The notes: generated by a model not told the origin, from the sequence alone. A stretch of DNA of 64,000 bases from Candidatus Bathyarchaeia archaeon (GCA_049516875.1 JBEKSS010000001.1:160001-224000); one strand, 5' to 3'. Shown: positions 28,496 through 39,675, counted from the stretch's first letter. A program made the numbers and translations.

Positions 28496-29380
28496 ATGGG
28501 AGAATACGCGCGTGTATTGTTGTATCTTTTTTGGCTTGAACTAAAGAGGATTATATTTAAAGTGAAGTATTTTGCAGAAGTTGATGTGACGGACAACTGT
28601 AATCTTAGATGTAAACATTGCTATCATTTTCACGGTAAAGAGGATTTTAGAACACAAGAGCTATCCATAGATGTTTGGGAAAAAAGGTTCAAAGAACTCT
28701 ACAAGTCAGGAATAAGGAACATTCTTTTGGTTGGTGGTGAGCCTGCGCTCAGGATTGATGTTCTTATGCTCGCCCACGGGATATTTCCATTTGTTTACGT
28801 TATAACAAACGGAACAATAAAGATACCAGAAGAATTCACTCATAGACTATATGCTTCAATAGATGGGTCTCAAAAAACAAACGATTCACTCAGAGGGAAC
28901 GGTGTTTTTTCAAGTGTAATGAAAAACTTTTCAGGGGATAAGCGTGTTATTATAAATATGACAATCACGAAGGATAATTACAAAGAGCTTGAGGACATTA
29001 TGAAAATTGCAAAAGAGAATGGTTTCAAGGGTGTTGTTTGTAATATATGCGCAGGTGGAACCGATGTCAGCGTTACTATGGTTGTAAGAGAAAAAGAGAG
29101 AAAAACTATAGTAAAAGAACTGAAACGAGTGAAGACAAAATACCCAAAGGATTTTCTTTTGAGCAAAGCGATGTTAAAATGGTATGAATACCCAGACCAT
29201 AGTGGTCCATGCTACTGGGGCGACGAAGTGTTGCATTTTGACGTTTCATGGAACAGAAGAAGGTGTTTTGGAAACAATGCGGACTGTTCCAATTGCGGGT
29301 GTCTGGCAGGGGCCTTTCAAAGTCCTCTAGAAATGCTAAGGCATCCAAGAGAGATGATGAAAATAGTTGTATGTTCATAA
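28496..29380 (+). CDS. radical SAM protein
   Basis: CNLRCKHC, GGEP, TNG, SIDG, Cys-rich C-terminus; AT-rich coding sequence. Confidence 0.9.
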   Translation: MGEYARVLLYLFWLELKRIIFKVKYFAEVDVTDNCNLRCKHCYHFHGKEDFRTQELSIDVWEKRFKELYKSGIRNILLVGGEPALRIDVLMLAHGIFPFVYVITNGTIKIPEEFTHRLYASIDGSQKTNDSLRGNGVFSSVMKNFSGDKRVIINMTITKDNYKELEDIMKIAKENGFKGVVCNICAGGTDVSVTMVVREKERKTIVKELKRVKTKYPKDFLLSKAMLKWYEYPDHSGPCYWGDEVLHFDVSWNRRRCFGNNADCSNCGCLAGAFQSPLEMLRHPREMMKIVVCS

Positions 29381-29571
29381 GCGAAGCACATCTCTTCCCA
29401 AGCGGCAGTTCATTGCTTTTCCCTTCATGACCTTACACTAGCTATTTCATATCGCACGTGTTCTTTCGTCTTTCTATTTGCGGTTTGAGAGTGTGAGGTT
29501 AAATGGGATAGTGAAACATTAAACTTATTAACGATACTGTAAATGCATTATGCTTAAAGGGGAATGAAAAA

Positions 29572-29931
29572 ATGTCGCTCGGATCAAGGCTGAAGATCGA
29601 AAGCAAAGGTATGTTTGTAACGTTTGTTTTCTACGCAATTGTTGGAATAATCTTTCTTGTCTTGGCACTGCCAATCGTCAGCTTTGCCCCACACTTAGCG
29701 ATAATCGGCATGTTCAGCCTCATAACTGCTTATGGGGTGCTTGGGAAAAGAGTCTGGACGATTTGGTTTGTGATGATTTTGTTTTTTGTTGGAACAACAT
29801 TTTCAGCCTTCATGATTTACAACATTCCGCAAATAGACTATCTTCTCGGTGTAGGCGCCATACTCTACCTTATTCTGACATGGGCCTTCACTGGTTATGC
29901 TGTGGCGAAAAGAAAAGTATTTGAAAGCTAG
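29572..29931 (+). CDS. hypothetical 4-TM membrane protein
   Basis: 119-aa hydrophobic ORF. Confidence 0.8.
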   Translation: MSLGSRLKIESKGMFVTFVFYAIVGIIFLVLALPIVSFAPHLAIIGMFSLITAYGVLGKRVWTIWFVMILFFVGTTFSAFMIYNIPQIDYLLGVGAILYLILTWAFTGYAVAKRKVFES

Positions 29932-29990
29932 ATGAGCTCATCACTGAAAACGTTCTCGCTTGGGGAATAGCTTCCCCTCTTAGTACTCGA

Positions 29991-31247
29991 CTAGTTGCCT
30001 TGCAGAAGGCTTTCAGTTTTGAAAAGCTGCACTGTGACTGGTTCGCCAGCATCGATGAACTGCACATCTTCAGCAATCTCCACAAACCCGTCGGCCTTTG
30101 CGAGTGTCGTTATAGCCCCGGAAAGCGCTGTCGGAATGGGCTCAGCAATCAGTCCTTTTGGCTTTTCCTGCCTTAACTTCACCATGATGAAAGTTCTTCG
30201 CCCTTTTGCTGGGAACATTCTCATCGATGCAAAAGCCTTCACTTCTATAGGCTTCTCAGCTTTTCTTCCGCTCATGACCTGAATTAATGGACGCACAAAC
30301 AATTGAAAGGTCAGCAAGGCTGATGTTGGATGGCCAGGAAGTGAAAACACTAGCTTTCCAGCAACAGATGCCACTGTCGTGGGCTTTCCTGGTTTGATTG
30401 CAATCCCACTGAGAATTATGCCCGGTTCTCCAAGCATGCTTAAGGTTTTCGGCACGATGTCTTTTGGACCTACTGAGACTCCCCCCGAAGTCACAACCAT
30501 GTCCGAGGAGACAAGCGCACGCCTCAGGGCTTCACGCAATTCGTCCAAGTTGTCGGGAAAGACTCCTAAATAGACTGGTCTTCCCCCGCTTTCGAGCACG
30601 GCCGTGCTTAGGCTGTAAGCGTTTATGTCGTAAATCTTCCCAGGAGGTAATTTCATGCCAGGTTCGGTTATTTCAGGTCCTGTCGAAAGAACGGCGATTC
30701 GTGGAACCGCGTAGACTCTTGCCTTCGCCTTGCCCAAGGCCGCCAAGACACCGATTTCCCTTGAACCTAACAATTGCCCCTTCCTAAGGATGGTTTTGCC
30801 TTTCTTGATGTCCGCCCCAGCTTTCATGATATTCTCATCTCTGCCTGCGGCACCAAAAACTGTGACCTCATCACCGTTTCGACTGGTATGTTCTATCATG
30901 ACAACTGCGTCTGCACCTTCCGGTATAGGCGCACCCGTTACAATTTCAGCAGCTTGGCCCTTCATAACAGTCGTTTCGGGAAGTTCTCCAATGTTCACAG
31001 TCCCAGAAACCTTCAGCAAGACTGGCCTGTTCTCCTCTGCACCAAACGTGTCTTCTGCTCTGACGGCATACCCGTCAACCGCAGACCGATTGAAAGGCGG
31101 AATGTCCAAGCTGGCAGTTATGTTTTCAGCCAGGACACGATTGCTAGACTCCAGAAGAGGAATCTCTTCGACGCCTAAAGGTTTGGCTTTAAGCTGGCCC
31201 TCAATAACCTTTTTCGCCTCATCAAAAGTCAACAGTTTCCTGAACAC
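29991..31247 (-). CDS. moeA: molybdopterin/tungstopterin metal insertase MoeA (copy 2)
   Basis: PPFNRSAVDGYA, TGAPIPEGADAVV, TSGGVSVG, KPGKP, SLPGHP. Confidence 0.94.
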   Translation of the reverse strand: MFRKLLTFDEAKKVIEGQLKAKPLGVEEIPLLESSNRVLAENITASLDIPPFNRSAVDGYAVRAEDTFGAEENRPVLLKVSGTVNIGELPETTVMKGQAAEIVTGAPIPEGADAVVMIEHTSRNGDEVTVFGAAGRDENIMKAGADIKKGKTILRKGQLLGSREIGVLAALGKAKARVYAVPRIAVLSTGPEITEPGMKLPPGKIYDINAYSLSTAVLESGGRPVYLGVFPDNLDELREALRRALVSSDMVVTSGGVSVGPKDIVPKTLSMLGEPGIILSGIAIKPGKPTTVASVAGKLVFSLPGHPTSALLTFQLFVRPLIQVMSGRKAEKPIEVKAFASMRMFPAKGRRTFIMVKLRQEKPKGLIAEPIPTALSGAITTLAKADGFVEIAEDVQFIDAGEPVTVQLFKTESLLQGN

Positions 31248-31253
31248 TTCTCC

Positions 31254-32489
31254 TCAACCTTCCACAACGTCAAACAATTGGACATAAACAGGCTCCTTTT
31301 CCGCCAAGCCTTCTCGGTTTTCAGGAACAATGACATAGCCGTTGGCTTTCGTCATCGTTGACATCATGCTTGAACCCCGAGCGCTGATAGGTTCCGCAAC
31401 TAACTCGCCATCATGCCGGAAAACGCGCACCCGAACAAAATTCCTTCTTCCAAGAGTCGTAGCAATTCCTCTAGTCATTTTGGCTTGCACGCTAATTCTA
31501 GGCTCCACCTGTTTCATCCCAAGCATTCTACATACTAATGGTCTTGCGAACACTTCAAACCCGACTATCGCCGCAACCGGGTTGCCCGGAAGAATCAATA
31601 TTGGTTTCCCGCTTACAGCAGCCAGGGCCGTAGGCATAGCTGGACGCATAGCCACACCGTGAACAATCACGCCTGGCTTTCCAATCATGTTAACAGCGTC
31701 GGGAACGAAATCGGAACCTCCAACGCTTGTCCCTCCGGAAGTCATTATTACATCGGACTCTACAAGTCCAACTCTCAGTCTTTCCGAAATCTCATCAACA
31801 TCATCTCTTGCAATGCCTAGATCCAGCGGTTCAGCACCTAATTCGCGGCACAAGGCAGAGAGAACAAGCTTGTTAATGTCAAAAATCTGGTTTTCTTCCA
31901 GTTTGTTGCCTAGCTCTACAAGCTCATTTCCCGTAGTCAAAACAGCGATTATGGGCTTCTCAAACACCTCGACTTTGCTTATGCCCAAAGCAGCTATTAG
32001 CCCCAGATGTTGCGGCTTCAAACGAGTCCCGACCTCTGCTGCAACATCTCCTCTTTGAATGTCCTCACCTTTTTTTGAAACATTCTCGCCTGGTGTCACT
32101 TGGCTCCAAACCTGGATTTTTTCTTTCACTCTCTTGGTGTTTTCTAGCATCACCACGGCGTTTGCGCCTTCAGGAAGTGGGTTTCCCGTCCAGACCTGTT
32201 TTGCCTTCCCAGCGTCTATTCGATTCTTGTCGGTTAGCTGGGCGACCTTAGGTTTGAACTGTGTTGCTCCGATGGTTTCTTCAGCTTCAATAGCGTATCC
32301 GTCAACCGCCGACCTGTCGAATCTCGGCACGTCCACTTTGGCGACGACATTCTCGGCCAGAACGCGGTTCAAAACTGAATTTAGTGGAACAGTAGCGGTT
32401 TTGAGCTGCTTGAACTCGATGGCTGCAAAAAACTTCTGCAGCGCGTCGTCGATTGACGTTAGTTTTTGGAAACCTTTGAGTCGCACCAA
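31254..32489 (-). CDS. moeA: molybdopterin/tungstopterin metal insertase MoeA (copy 1)
   Basis: PRFDRSAVDGYA, TTGNEL, TSGGTSVG, LPGNPVAA. Confidence 0.94.
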   Translation of the reverse strand: MVRLKGFQKLTSIDDALQKFFAAIEFKQLKTATVPLNSVLNRVLAENVVAKVDVPRFDRSAVDGYAIEAEETIGATQFKPKVAQLTDKNRIDAGKAKQVWTGNPLPEGANAVVMLENTKRVKEKIQVWSQVTPGENVSKKGEDIQRGDVAAEVGTRLKPQHLGLIAALGISKVEVFEKPIIAVLTTGNELVELGNKLEENQIFDINKLVLSALCRELGAEPLDLGIARDDVDEISERLRVGLVESDVIMTSGGTSVGGSDFVPDAVNMIGKPGVIVHGVAMRPAMPTALAAVSGKPILILPGNPVAAIVGFEVFARPLVCRMLGMKQVEPRISVQAKMTRGIATTLGRRNFVRVRVFRHDGELVAEPISARGSSMMSTMTKANGYVIVPENREGLAEKEPVYVQLFDVVEG

Positions 32490-32554
32490 AATTTGTACCC
32501 ATAAACAGCACTGGAGGAATTGGTAGAAAAATGTATCGCAGCAAGCTCGCTGCT

Positions 32555-33421
32555 TTAGCTTCTAATCCACTCCTTTTGGAGTATGTCACGCATTTTTGCA
32601 GCGTCTATATCTAGGATTGGGCTTTCGCTTATGATAACGGGTTTCAGCCTGAATTCGGATATAACCTCTGCCAGCATTTCAAATTCTGGTCCATAGCGTG
32701 TTTCTTCAATTGTATGATGACGTTTCTCGCCTTTGCTTGTAAATTCGATTTTCGTGAAGTGGCAGTGCATGTTCTCAACTACTTCTGTTCCAAGCCTGAT
32801 TTCTACGCTTTCCACAACCCTTCGAAAATCATCAACCGTGCGAAACCGTCCTAAGTCTCTTGCGTGCAAGTGTGACCAATCAATTACCAACTGCGTTTGT
32901 TCAACCCTTTCGCATAGTTCTAGTATCTCATCCAAACTGCCAAGCTGACAAAGCCGGCCCATAGTTTCGGGACCGATCCTAACGTCATTGATTCCTAGCG
33001 ATCGGATAGCTTCAACTGTCTCTAGCAAAGCCTTTAGACATGTATCAAAGGCTTGTTTGGGCGACTTCTCACCGTAGAACCCTGGATGAAAAACGACGAC
33101 ATGTGCGTTCATCCATTTGGCCGCGGTGGCACACGCGATCAGTCGTTGTTTGCTTGCTTCAAGAATTTCCTTCCTGCCACAGAAGTTTATGAAATATGAA
33201 CCGTGCAGGCTGAGCCACACATCATTTTCTGCAGCGGCTAAGCCAAGCTCTTCGGCGTCCTCTTTCTTTATTTGTGGTTTCTTCCCCCAACGCACTGCCT
33301 CATATTCAAAGGCGTCAAGATCCTCTTCCTGCAAAAGTCTTGGAACGTCAGCTAAGGCCGCCTTCATACACCTGAATGATGGAGGAACCCCAGCCGGACC
33401 AAACCTGGGGTGGTCAGCCAT
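32555..33421 (-). CDS. nfo: archaeal endonuclease IV (AP endonuclease 2, TIM barrel)
   Basis: RFGPAG, SLHGSYFIN, VFHPGFY, PETMG, IDWSHLHAR, HCHFTKIE, GEKRHH, ISESP. Confidence 0.88.
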   Translation of the reverse strand: MADHPRFGPAGVPPSFRCMKAALADVPRLLQEEDLDAFEYEAVRWGKKPQIKKEDAEELGLAAAENDVWLSLHGSYFINFCGRKEILEASKQRLIACATAAKWMNAHVVVFHPGFYGEKSPKQAFDTCLKALLETVEAIRSLGINDVRIGPETMGRLCQLGSLDEILELCERVEQTQLVIDWSHLHARDLGRFRTVDDFRRVVESVEIRLGTEVVENMHCHFTKIEFTSKGEKRHHTIEETRYGPEFEMLAEVISEFRLKPVIISESPILDIDAAKMRDILQKEWIRS

Positions 33422-33439
33422 TGAAATCCCTTGATTCTT

Positions 33440-34303
33440 CTATTTCTTCCTGTATCGGTAGCTTTTCCGCGCATATTCCCCGTAAAACAGAATCAACAGA
33501 ACTGAAATCCACGCCGCAGTGTTTTGGAAGACCAAGTACTTACCAGCGGGATCTAAATTCGCCAAGGGCTCGATTAAGCCGCCAAGAGCAAGACCCAAGT
33601 CTCTAACCCCAGGGGCGATGGCCAGCAGACCATTGTTTATTGTTGAAGCGATCCAACCTATGGGCGATACAGCTTGCGCAAAGCCTCTTAAAGAATTGGC
33701 GACAGACACAACAAAGTCATACAGTGAAGAATGGTTTTGATAGGCGCTCGATATAGTCTGATAGACAAGCGCCGGATATGCCAGCAAAGATACTATGAGA
33801 ACGAGTACCAGAAAAGCTAGAAATACGGTTAAGGCGCTTTTGATGGTCGCCCTTGCAAAATATATTTTTTCCCAGAGATAGGAAATTCCTCTGACTCTGG
33901 CGGGACCTGGCTTTGTCTTGTCAAGAGAACTTTTTGTAGTTTGGCTTGCTTTAGATGTTGGTTGCTTCATTTCCGTTCTTCTTCCACCGGAGGCTTCAGT
34001 TCTTCCTACTCTCTGCAGTGGCTTCACCGAAAGCTTCTTTGTAAAGTACATCCAAGTGAACAAAAGTGTAACAACAACGGCCGTTGGAACTAGGTGAAAC
34101 AATGGACTGATGGTGGTTGTCACTGGCCAATTGATTGTCAGAACACCTACATCTTTTACGCCCAAATCCATAGCGTATACGACCACAAGATATTCAGCTA
34201 ACACTGCCACCGCCAAGAATACGATTGGTGTAATTAACCCCTTCAATGTTATCCAGCGAATGACTAGACGCTTTGGGGTAGGTTGAGATGACAAGCATTT
34301 CAC
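33440..34303 (-). CDS. hypothetical membrane protein
   Basis: 287 aa, several TM helices, basic linker. Confidence 0.75.
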   Translation of the reverse strand: MKCLSSQPTPKRLVIRWITLKGLITPIVFLAVAVLAEYLVVVYAMDLGVKDVGVLTINWPVTTTISPLFHLVPTAVVVTLLFTWMYFTKKLSVKPLQRVGRTEASGGRRTEMKQPTSKASQTTKSSLDKTKPGPARVRGISYLWEKIYFARATIKSALTVFLAFLVLVLIVSLLAYPALVYQTISSAYQNHSSLYDFVVSVANSLRGFAQAVSPIGWIASTINNGLLAIAPGVRDLGLALGGLIEPLANLDPAGKYLVFQNTAAWISVLLILFYGEYARKSYRYRKK

Positions 34304-34594
34304 CGTAATCTACTGATCGCCGTTAAGTTGAATACGTGCTGGAAATATGAAGGTTCTCATTAAAAAGGGTAACGTTGGAGAGTCCTGCCAGGCAACTCCG
34401 ATTTTCTCAGTTAAAAGAAGGTGCGAAGCCTGAATACATCTGATGCAATAAGTCAGTGTGCACTTGAACAGTAAAGGATTTAGGGCGCACGCGATTGGAA
34501 AAAAAGTCCTGTTCTCTGGAAATGTTTAAACGGTTTGAAGAGGAAGTGTTAACAGATCTTAGAACAATTAGAACCGTGTTAGTCCTGGAGTGAA

Positions 34595-35580
34595 ATGCAA
34601 CGACGGGCAAAGCGGAACGACTAGAACTTTACAAGAATCGGAATACGCAAGTATTTTTGAGCAAATTCTTAAGTGGTGAACTCAACGAAATTGAGCCTTC
34701 CTATGATCCTAAACTTGGATATCGATACAAGACAGTTGAAACTATTGTCGGAGACCCTTCAAAGGCCGAAGCATTTTTGGACAACCTCTATGAGGCTGAA
34801 ATACTGACGAGGAACCTTCACGATGAAGTTATCTTTTGTCCAAAATGCAATTCCGCAGGTATTTCTATCCGCTATTGTTGTCCATACTGTAAATCATTCA
34901 ACATCAAGAGGAGTTCCTTGATTGAACACGTCAAATGCGGGTACATGGATGTGGAAGAAAACTTTCACAAAGGTGACAAACTCGTCTGCCAGAAATGTCA
35001 TGATGAACTGAGAAAATCCGATGTTGACTACAGACGGGCTGGAATATGGTGCACCTGCAAGGACTGCAGCAAGAGCTTCGACATTCCTGTTGTCAAACTA
35101 TTCTGCCGTGACTGCCATGAAGATTTCACATTCGAGAACGCAGTGATCAAGGAAGTCTATACTTATGCTCTGAAAGAAGAGGCTAGAAGAGAAGCCGCCG
35201 GAGGCTGGGTTTTGATTTCACCCATAAGTGAGTTTCTTGTACAGAACGGGTTTGAGGTAAAGAGCCCTGCCTTCTTGAAGGGGAAGTCTGGGGCTAATCA
35301 CATGTTCGACATAGTCGCCTCAAGAGGAGAAACCGCAAAAAGGGTAACGGTGATTGATCTAGCAATGTCAGCTGACAACGTTGTGTCAGAGCAGCCTGTA
35401 ATTACGCTGTTCGCGAAGATATTTGATGTATTGCCTGACACTGCCTACCTCATCGCAATTCCCAAGCTGAATGACAATGCGAGGAAAATGGCAGAATTAT
35501 ATAATATTCAGGCAATCGAAGCTAAGAACCAAAAAGAAGCAATAAACAACCTGAAAGAAAAAGTGATAGGAACAAAGTAA
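34595..35580 (+). CDS. TackOD1-type metal-binding protein with C-terminal restriction-endonuclease-like domain (start region appears frameshifted)
   Basis: CPKC..., CPYC, EHVKCG, CQKC, CKDC, CRDC zinc motifs; GKSGANHMFDI; ATG 34595 after GGAG is one base out of frame with the ORF from 34657. Confidence 0.75.
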
Positions 35581-35814
35581 AAGACGTCCTTAGGTCAGTT
35601 GCCCGCAAGCACTAATTTTCTTCCTGATTCTGCAGTAATTTTGAGGTTGTACGTTTTTCTGGCAAGGTTACGCAGCCAGACAACTTAATGTGAATCTCGG
35701 ACTTTAGTGCATGTTTCCTAGCCGCATCTCTGACGTGTTGAGATCACAAACATAGCGCAAAGCGTGCCGATAACCTCAAAGAACTACATCGGAACCATGA
35801 TAACTACCGTGCAC

Positions 35815-36234
35815 TTATGGCGCTTCAAAGTAGTCTCTAACATGCGTCCCCCTCGTTGTAACAATATCCACATAGTATGTGCTGCCCGAAATCCAGTTTT
35901 GTGAAATACTGAACCACCGATGTTCTCCTATTTCGAGCCTGAAAGGTCCTGCGAAAGACTGGGAAGTGTGGTTTACATAGACCCCGGAGACTTGGATGAC
36001 CACTTGGCCGACATTTCGAAGGTAGACATCGATACTTTGCGTCGAATTGTTGAACCACAAATCTTCTATGATGACACGCTCACTCATTGTTTCTCGAAGG
36101 TTGGTCGTTATGACATAAGTTGCTGTGGTGGCAAGTGCCATGGCCGCGACAGCCACGACTGTTAGCAGTAGATTGCTGAGAACGGGAGTTATAGCCCGTT
36201 TGTCCCGGATGAGTTTTTGGAGCATTTTAGCCAT
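35815..36234 (-). CDS. archaeal type IV pilin / archaellin-like protein
   Basis: Class III signal peptide KRA|ITPVLSNLLLTVVAVAA; VYLRNVG motif. Confidence 0.88.
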   Translation of the reverse strand: MAKMLQKLIRDKRAITPVLSNLLLTVVAVAAMALATTATYVITTNLRETMSERVIIEDLWFNNSTQSIDVYLRNVGQVVIQVSGVYVNHTSQSFAGPFRLEIGEHRWFSISQNWISGSTYYVDIVTTRGTHVRDYFEAP

Positions 36235-36243
36235 CTTGTCGCC

Positions 36244-37059
36244 TCATAGGAAGAGTTTCAGGGCTACGTAACCGCACAGCATTAGGAATAAGCTGTGCTT
36301 CAATCCAGCTTTTATTGTTCCGTCTCCCATTTTTCCAGCAACGAGTCCCCCGAAAAAAGCCTGAATTGATGTCATGTGAAAGAATATTCGTTCAATTGCA
36401 CCTGGAGACATCTCTGCAGTCGCGAGCATTGACAAGCTCTGTATGCTTGCAAAAAACGATCGGAAAAGCAGGATTATGGTGAAAAGAAAAACGAAAAAAG
36501 CCACATAGATTATTGCAATGTATGGTCTAGTTTGGGTTCGACGTTCCTTGTCAAGAAGAAGCGTCGTTTGTATGAACTTGCCCATAGGGTCGAATACCTT
36601 CTCAACTCGCCCTCCTGACCGGCTTGCCTCGATAATCATCGGCACGGTTCTCTGCATCAACACGGTGTTAACTCGCTTTCCCAAACTCAAGAGACTCTCT
36701 TCAAAACTCATTCCCCAGGAAATCTGTGCCGTCATCTTCTTCAATTCTTCGGTGAGCGGTCCGTAGTCCCTCTTAGATGCCTCCTCTATAGCTTGGGGCA
36801 GGGTCATTCCTGTCTCTTGAGCTTGTACAATGCTTCTAAAAAGATCTGGTAAGTGTTCATCTATGGCTTTTCTCCACTTATAATCCACATAGTTCAACAT
36901 TGCAGCCGGAAAAACAGATACTATGATGGCGAAGAACGCGAACTCATCGAACGTGGCTGTCGACCAAAACCTAAGAAATCCATACGACATTATAGCTGCA
37001 GCTAGCGCGACTGAGACTATCCACGTTGTTTTCTTCAGTTTGTCATTTATTCTTGGCAT
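36244..37059 (-). CDS. T2SS-F / TadC-like pilus platform protein
   Basis: LPDLFRSI, GMTLPQA, YGPLTEEL, SGGRV; C-terminal TM helices. Confidence 0.9.
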   Translation of the reverse strand: MPRINDKLKKTTWIVSVALAAAIMSYGFLRFWSTATFDEFAFFAIIVSVFPAAMLNYVDYKWRKAIDEHLPDLFRSIVQAQETGMTLPQAIEEASKRDYGPLTEELKKMTAQISWGMSFEESLLSLGKRVNTVLMQRTVPMIIEASRSGGRVEKVFDPMGKFIQTTLLLDKERRTQTRPYIAIIYVAFFVFLFTIILLFRSFFASIQSLSMLATAEMSPGAIERIFFHMTSIQAFFGGLVAGKMGDGTIKAGLKHSLFLMLCGYVALKLFL

Positions 37060-37063
37060 TTTA

Positions 37064-38071
37064 TCACCACTTAGGTGATACCGTATCCAAGATTATTAGG
37101 AAGGTTATTGCGCCCAATGGGATTCCCATGTATGTTAGTAGTTCTAACATGAGATCTGGGCTAATTATCCCAAAATTACCTCCGCCAAGCATCGCCATGA
37201 CGACGAGCATTATTACCAGAAACAATGGACCTGTCAAGAGAAGGGTTACGTAAAACTCTGACAACATCGACAGAGTATCTGAATACTTCTTGAGGTTTAT
37301 TCTCTTCAGCCTCATGTATTCCTTGGATTTTTCCCGAAGATAAGCTGCCAAATTGCCTCCTGAATGAATTGTTGTGATGAATCCTTCAATCGTCTCGCGG
37401 AATCTCTGAGAAGGAGTTCGCTTCGACGTTTCCTCGAGAGCAGAAATTATGTCTGAGCCAAAAAGGTTCACATCCCTCACAACGTTCTTTGCCTCTGCGG
37501 TCACAGCTAGCGGCAGGCTGAGATTCGACAGTGAGTAGAATATCTTTTCTGGGGAGACGCCAGCACTCGTTAGGATCGCCATGTAACCTGTTGTGAATGG
37601 CAATTCATCTTCCAATTCTCTCTTGAGCATGTCCGCACGATAAATCGGATAGAGATAGAACCCGAGAATTGAGAATGCGAAAGCGAACAAGCTTCCGCCG
37701 ACACCGAACAAGACCGCTGGTAAAAGTGGCAAATTGAAAACTAGAAATAGCAAGCATGGTATCAGCAAAATGGTAGTAGTGCAAATTAATGCCGTAGCGA
37801 AGATTGTCAGACTGACGTACGCCTTGAAGTTGACTTTAAGCCCTGACCTATGTAGTTTTACGTCCAAATCTTTGAACAAAGGCAGAACCCATGCTGTTTT
37901 GTCTCCAATAATATTGTAAGCTACAGATTGTGGACTTTCAAACGGAATCTTGAACTTTTTCTTGGGCACTTCTCGTTTGGCCCTAGGTGATTTCAAAAGA
38001 GACCGTCCTAGCCTCATTCTTAGACGAACGTAGAATGCCTTGATTTTTTCAAGAGGTTTCCCGTTTTTCAC
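37064..38071 (-). CDS. T2SS-F / TadB/FlaJ-like pilus platform protein
   Basis: ELPFTTGYM, TPSQRF, SGGNLAAYL. Confidence 0.9.
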   Translation of the reverse strand: MKNGKPLEKIKAFYVRLRMRLGRSLLKSPRAKREVPKKKFKIPFESPQSVAYNIIGDKTAWVLPLFKDLDVKLHRSGLKVNFKAYVSLTIFATALICTTTILLIPCLLFLVFNLPLLPAVLFGVGGSLFAFAFSILGFYLYPIYRADMLKRELEDELPFTTGYMAILTSAGVSPEKIFYSLSNLSLPLAVTAEAKNVVRDVNLFGSDIISALEETSKRTPSQRFRETIEGFITTIHSGGNLAAYLREKSKEYMRLKRINLKKYSDTLSMLSEFYVTLLLTGPLFLVIMLVVMAMLGGGNFGIISPDLMLELLTYMGIPLGAITFLIILDTVSPKW

Positions 38072-39675
38072 TTTAGTCCAACTCTGGCTTTTTGGAAAAC
38101 ACGATCTGGATTAGCGTAATACTCTCGAATGACACTTGCAACTTCTGTGTAATGACGGATGCCTTTGCTTGTCATCCAATCTAACACCGTTTGTCTTCGA
38201 CTCAACTCGCGTTTTACTTCTTCTTCATCGATTTCCAATTTCTTCATCTGTTTCTCCAAGAGGGTGCTGTGGTTTGAGCAGGAGAATCTGTCGAATTTCG
38301 GGTTCCAGTGGAAAACCTCTTCAGTGACTATGTTTCTTGACTGTTGATCAAGCCCCAGAACCTCTGTTGTCGTGTTTATTCTCCTCGCCGGTTTGCCGTC
38401 AACTTCTGTCCTTGCCATGACCATTACTACGTTTGTCATAGCTACCAGCGGCTTCGGAATATTCATAGGTTCAGATTCTAGTCGGTTTATCACTGCCTCA
38501 ACCGATTCGGCGTGTATTGTGCACATTCCTAGGTGGCCTGTTGCCATGGCCTGAAACAATGTGTAGGCTTCCTCACCGCGGACCTCCCCCACAATTATGT
38601 AGTCAGGCCTTTGCCTTACTGCAGCTTTCAACAGATCGAAAAGCGTGATTGATCCGCTCTTCTTGTCCTCATGCCCGAAGCCTAGCCGCACGACCGAAGG
38701 TATCCAGTTTTCATGGGGCAGGTTAAGCTCTTGAGTGTCCTCTACACTAACCACCTTCATTTCGGGCTTTATGAACATCGACAAGCAGTTTAACATCGTT
38801 GTTTTTCCAGAGGCTACACCTCCTGCTACCAAGACCGAGGCCCTGTTTTCCACAACGTACCACAAGTACGCAGCCATTTCTGAGGAAATAGTTTTGAATG
38901 CAATCAAGTCGGAGATAGTTAACGGGTCAACTCTGAAACGTCGAATCGTAAAAGTTGAACCTCTTCGCGTGATTTCATTCCCATAAGTGAGCTGAACACG
39001 ACTTCCATCTGGAAGTGACGCGTCCAGAATCGGCGATGCTATCGAAATGTTTTTCCCGGACAGATATGCCATGCGAATTGTGAAGGAGTCCAATTCCGCA
39101 TCAACGTTGAATATGATGTTTGTGGGCAAGGATTCGTAGATTCTGTGCCAGACGTAGATTGGAATGTTTACCCCATCTGCGGATATGTCTTCGATAAGAT
39201 GGTCTTTCATTAATGGATCTATCTTACCGTAGCCTATGAAATCTCTTATTATGTAGTATGTAAACTTGTCAATGGCTTCCGGTGGCACTTTAATCCGGTA
39301 TTTTCTAATTATCTTCTTTGTCTGTTCTCTCAGATAGCTTTCTGCTTTTTCCCTCGTTTCTATTTCCTTGAGGTTCACGTCAACTTCTTCAATAAGCAGA
39401 GCCTTCACTTCTTTTAGTTGCTTCTCTTCCTCTCTCTGAAGAGTCGGCTCTATGACTTCGTAGCGTATTTTCTGTGTTTCTGGATCTTTGACTATGGCTG
39501 CATAGACGTAAGGCTCTTGTATAGGGTAGGCTTCTCTGAAAGCCGTCGGTCTCTTGGCTTCCTCTTTCAACGTGATGTCTACGGTTGTCTTTTCCACTGT
39601 GGACGCTTTTGACACTGATTCTTTCATCGTTGGTACTGCCCTCTTTAGTTTAGACTGTATAGTACTTTTCGACAT
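38068..39675 (-). CDS. type II/IV secretion / pilus assembly ATPase (FlaI/VirB11-like)
   Basis: GGVASGKTT, EDTQEL, RQRPDYIIVGEVRG, TGHLGMCTIHA. Confidence 0.94.
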   Translation of the reverse strand: MSKSTIQSKLKRAVPTMKESVSKASTVEKTTVDITLKEEAKRPTAFREAYPIQEPYVYAAIVKDPETQKIRYEVIEPTLQREEEKQLKEVKALLIEEVDVNLKEIETREKAESYLREQTKKIIRKYRIKVPPEAIDKFTYYIIRDFIGYGKIDPLMKDHLIEDISADGVNIPIYVWHRIYESLPTNIIFNVDAELDSFTIRMAYLSGKNISIASPILDASLPDGSRVQLTYGNEITRRGSTFTIRRFRVDPLTISDLIAFKTISSEMAAYLWYVVENRASVLVAGGVASGKTTMLNCLSMFIKPEMKVVSVEDTQELNLPHENWIPSVVRLGFGHEDKKSGSITLFDLLKAAVRQRPDYIIVGEVRGEEAYTLFQAMATGHLGMCTIHAESVEAVINRLESEPMNIPKPLVAMTNVVMVMARTEVDGKPARRINTTTEVLGLDQQSRNIVTEEVFHWNPKFDRFSCSNHSTLLEKQMKKLEIDEEEVKRELSRRQTVLDWMTSKGIRHYTEVASVIREYYANPDRVFQKARVGLK

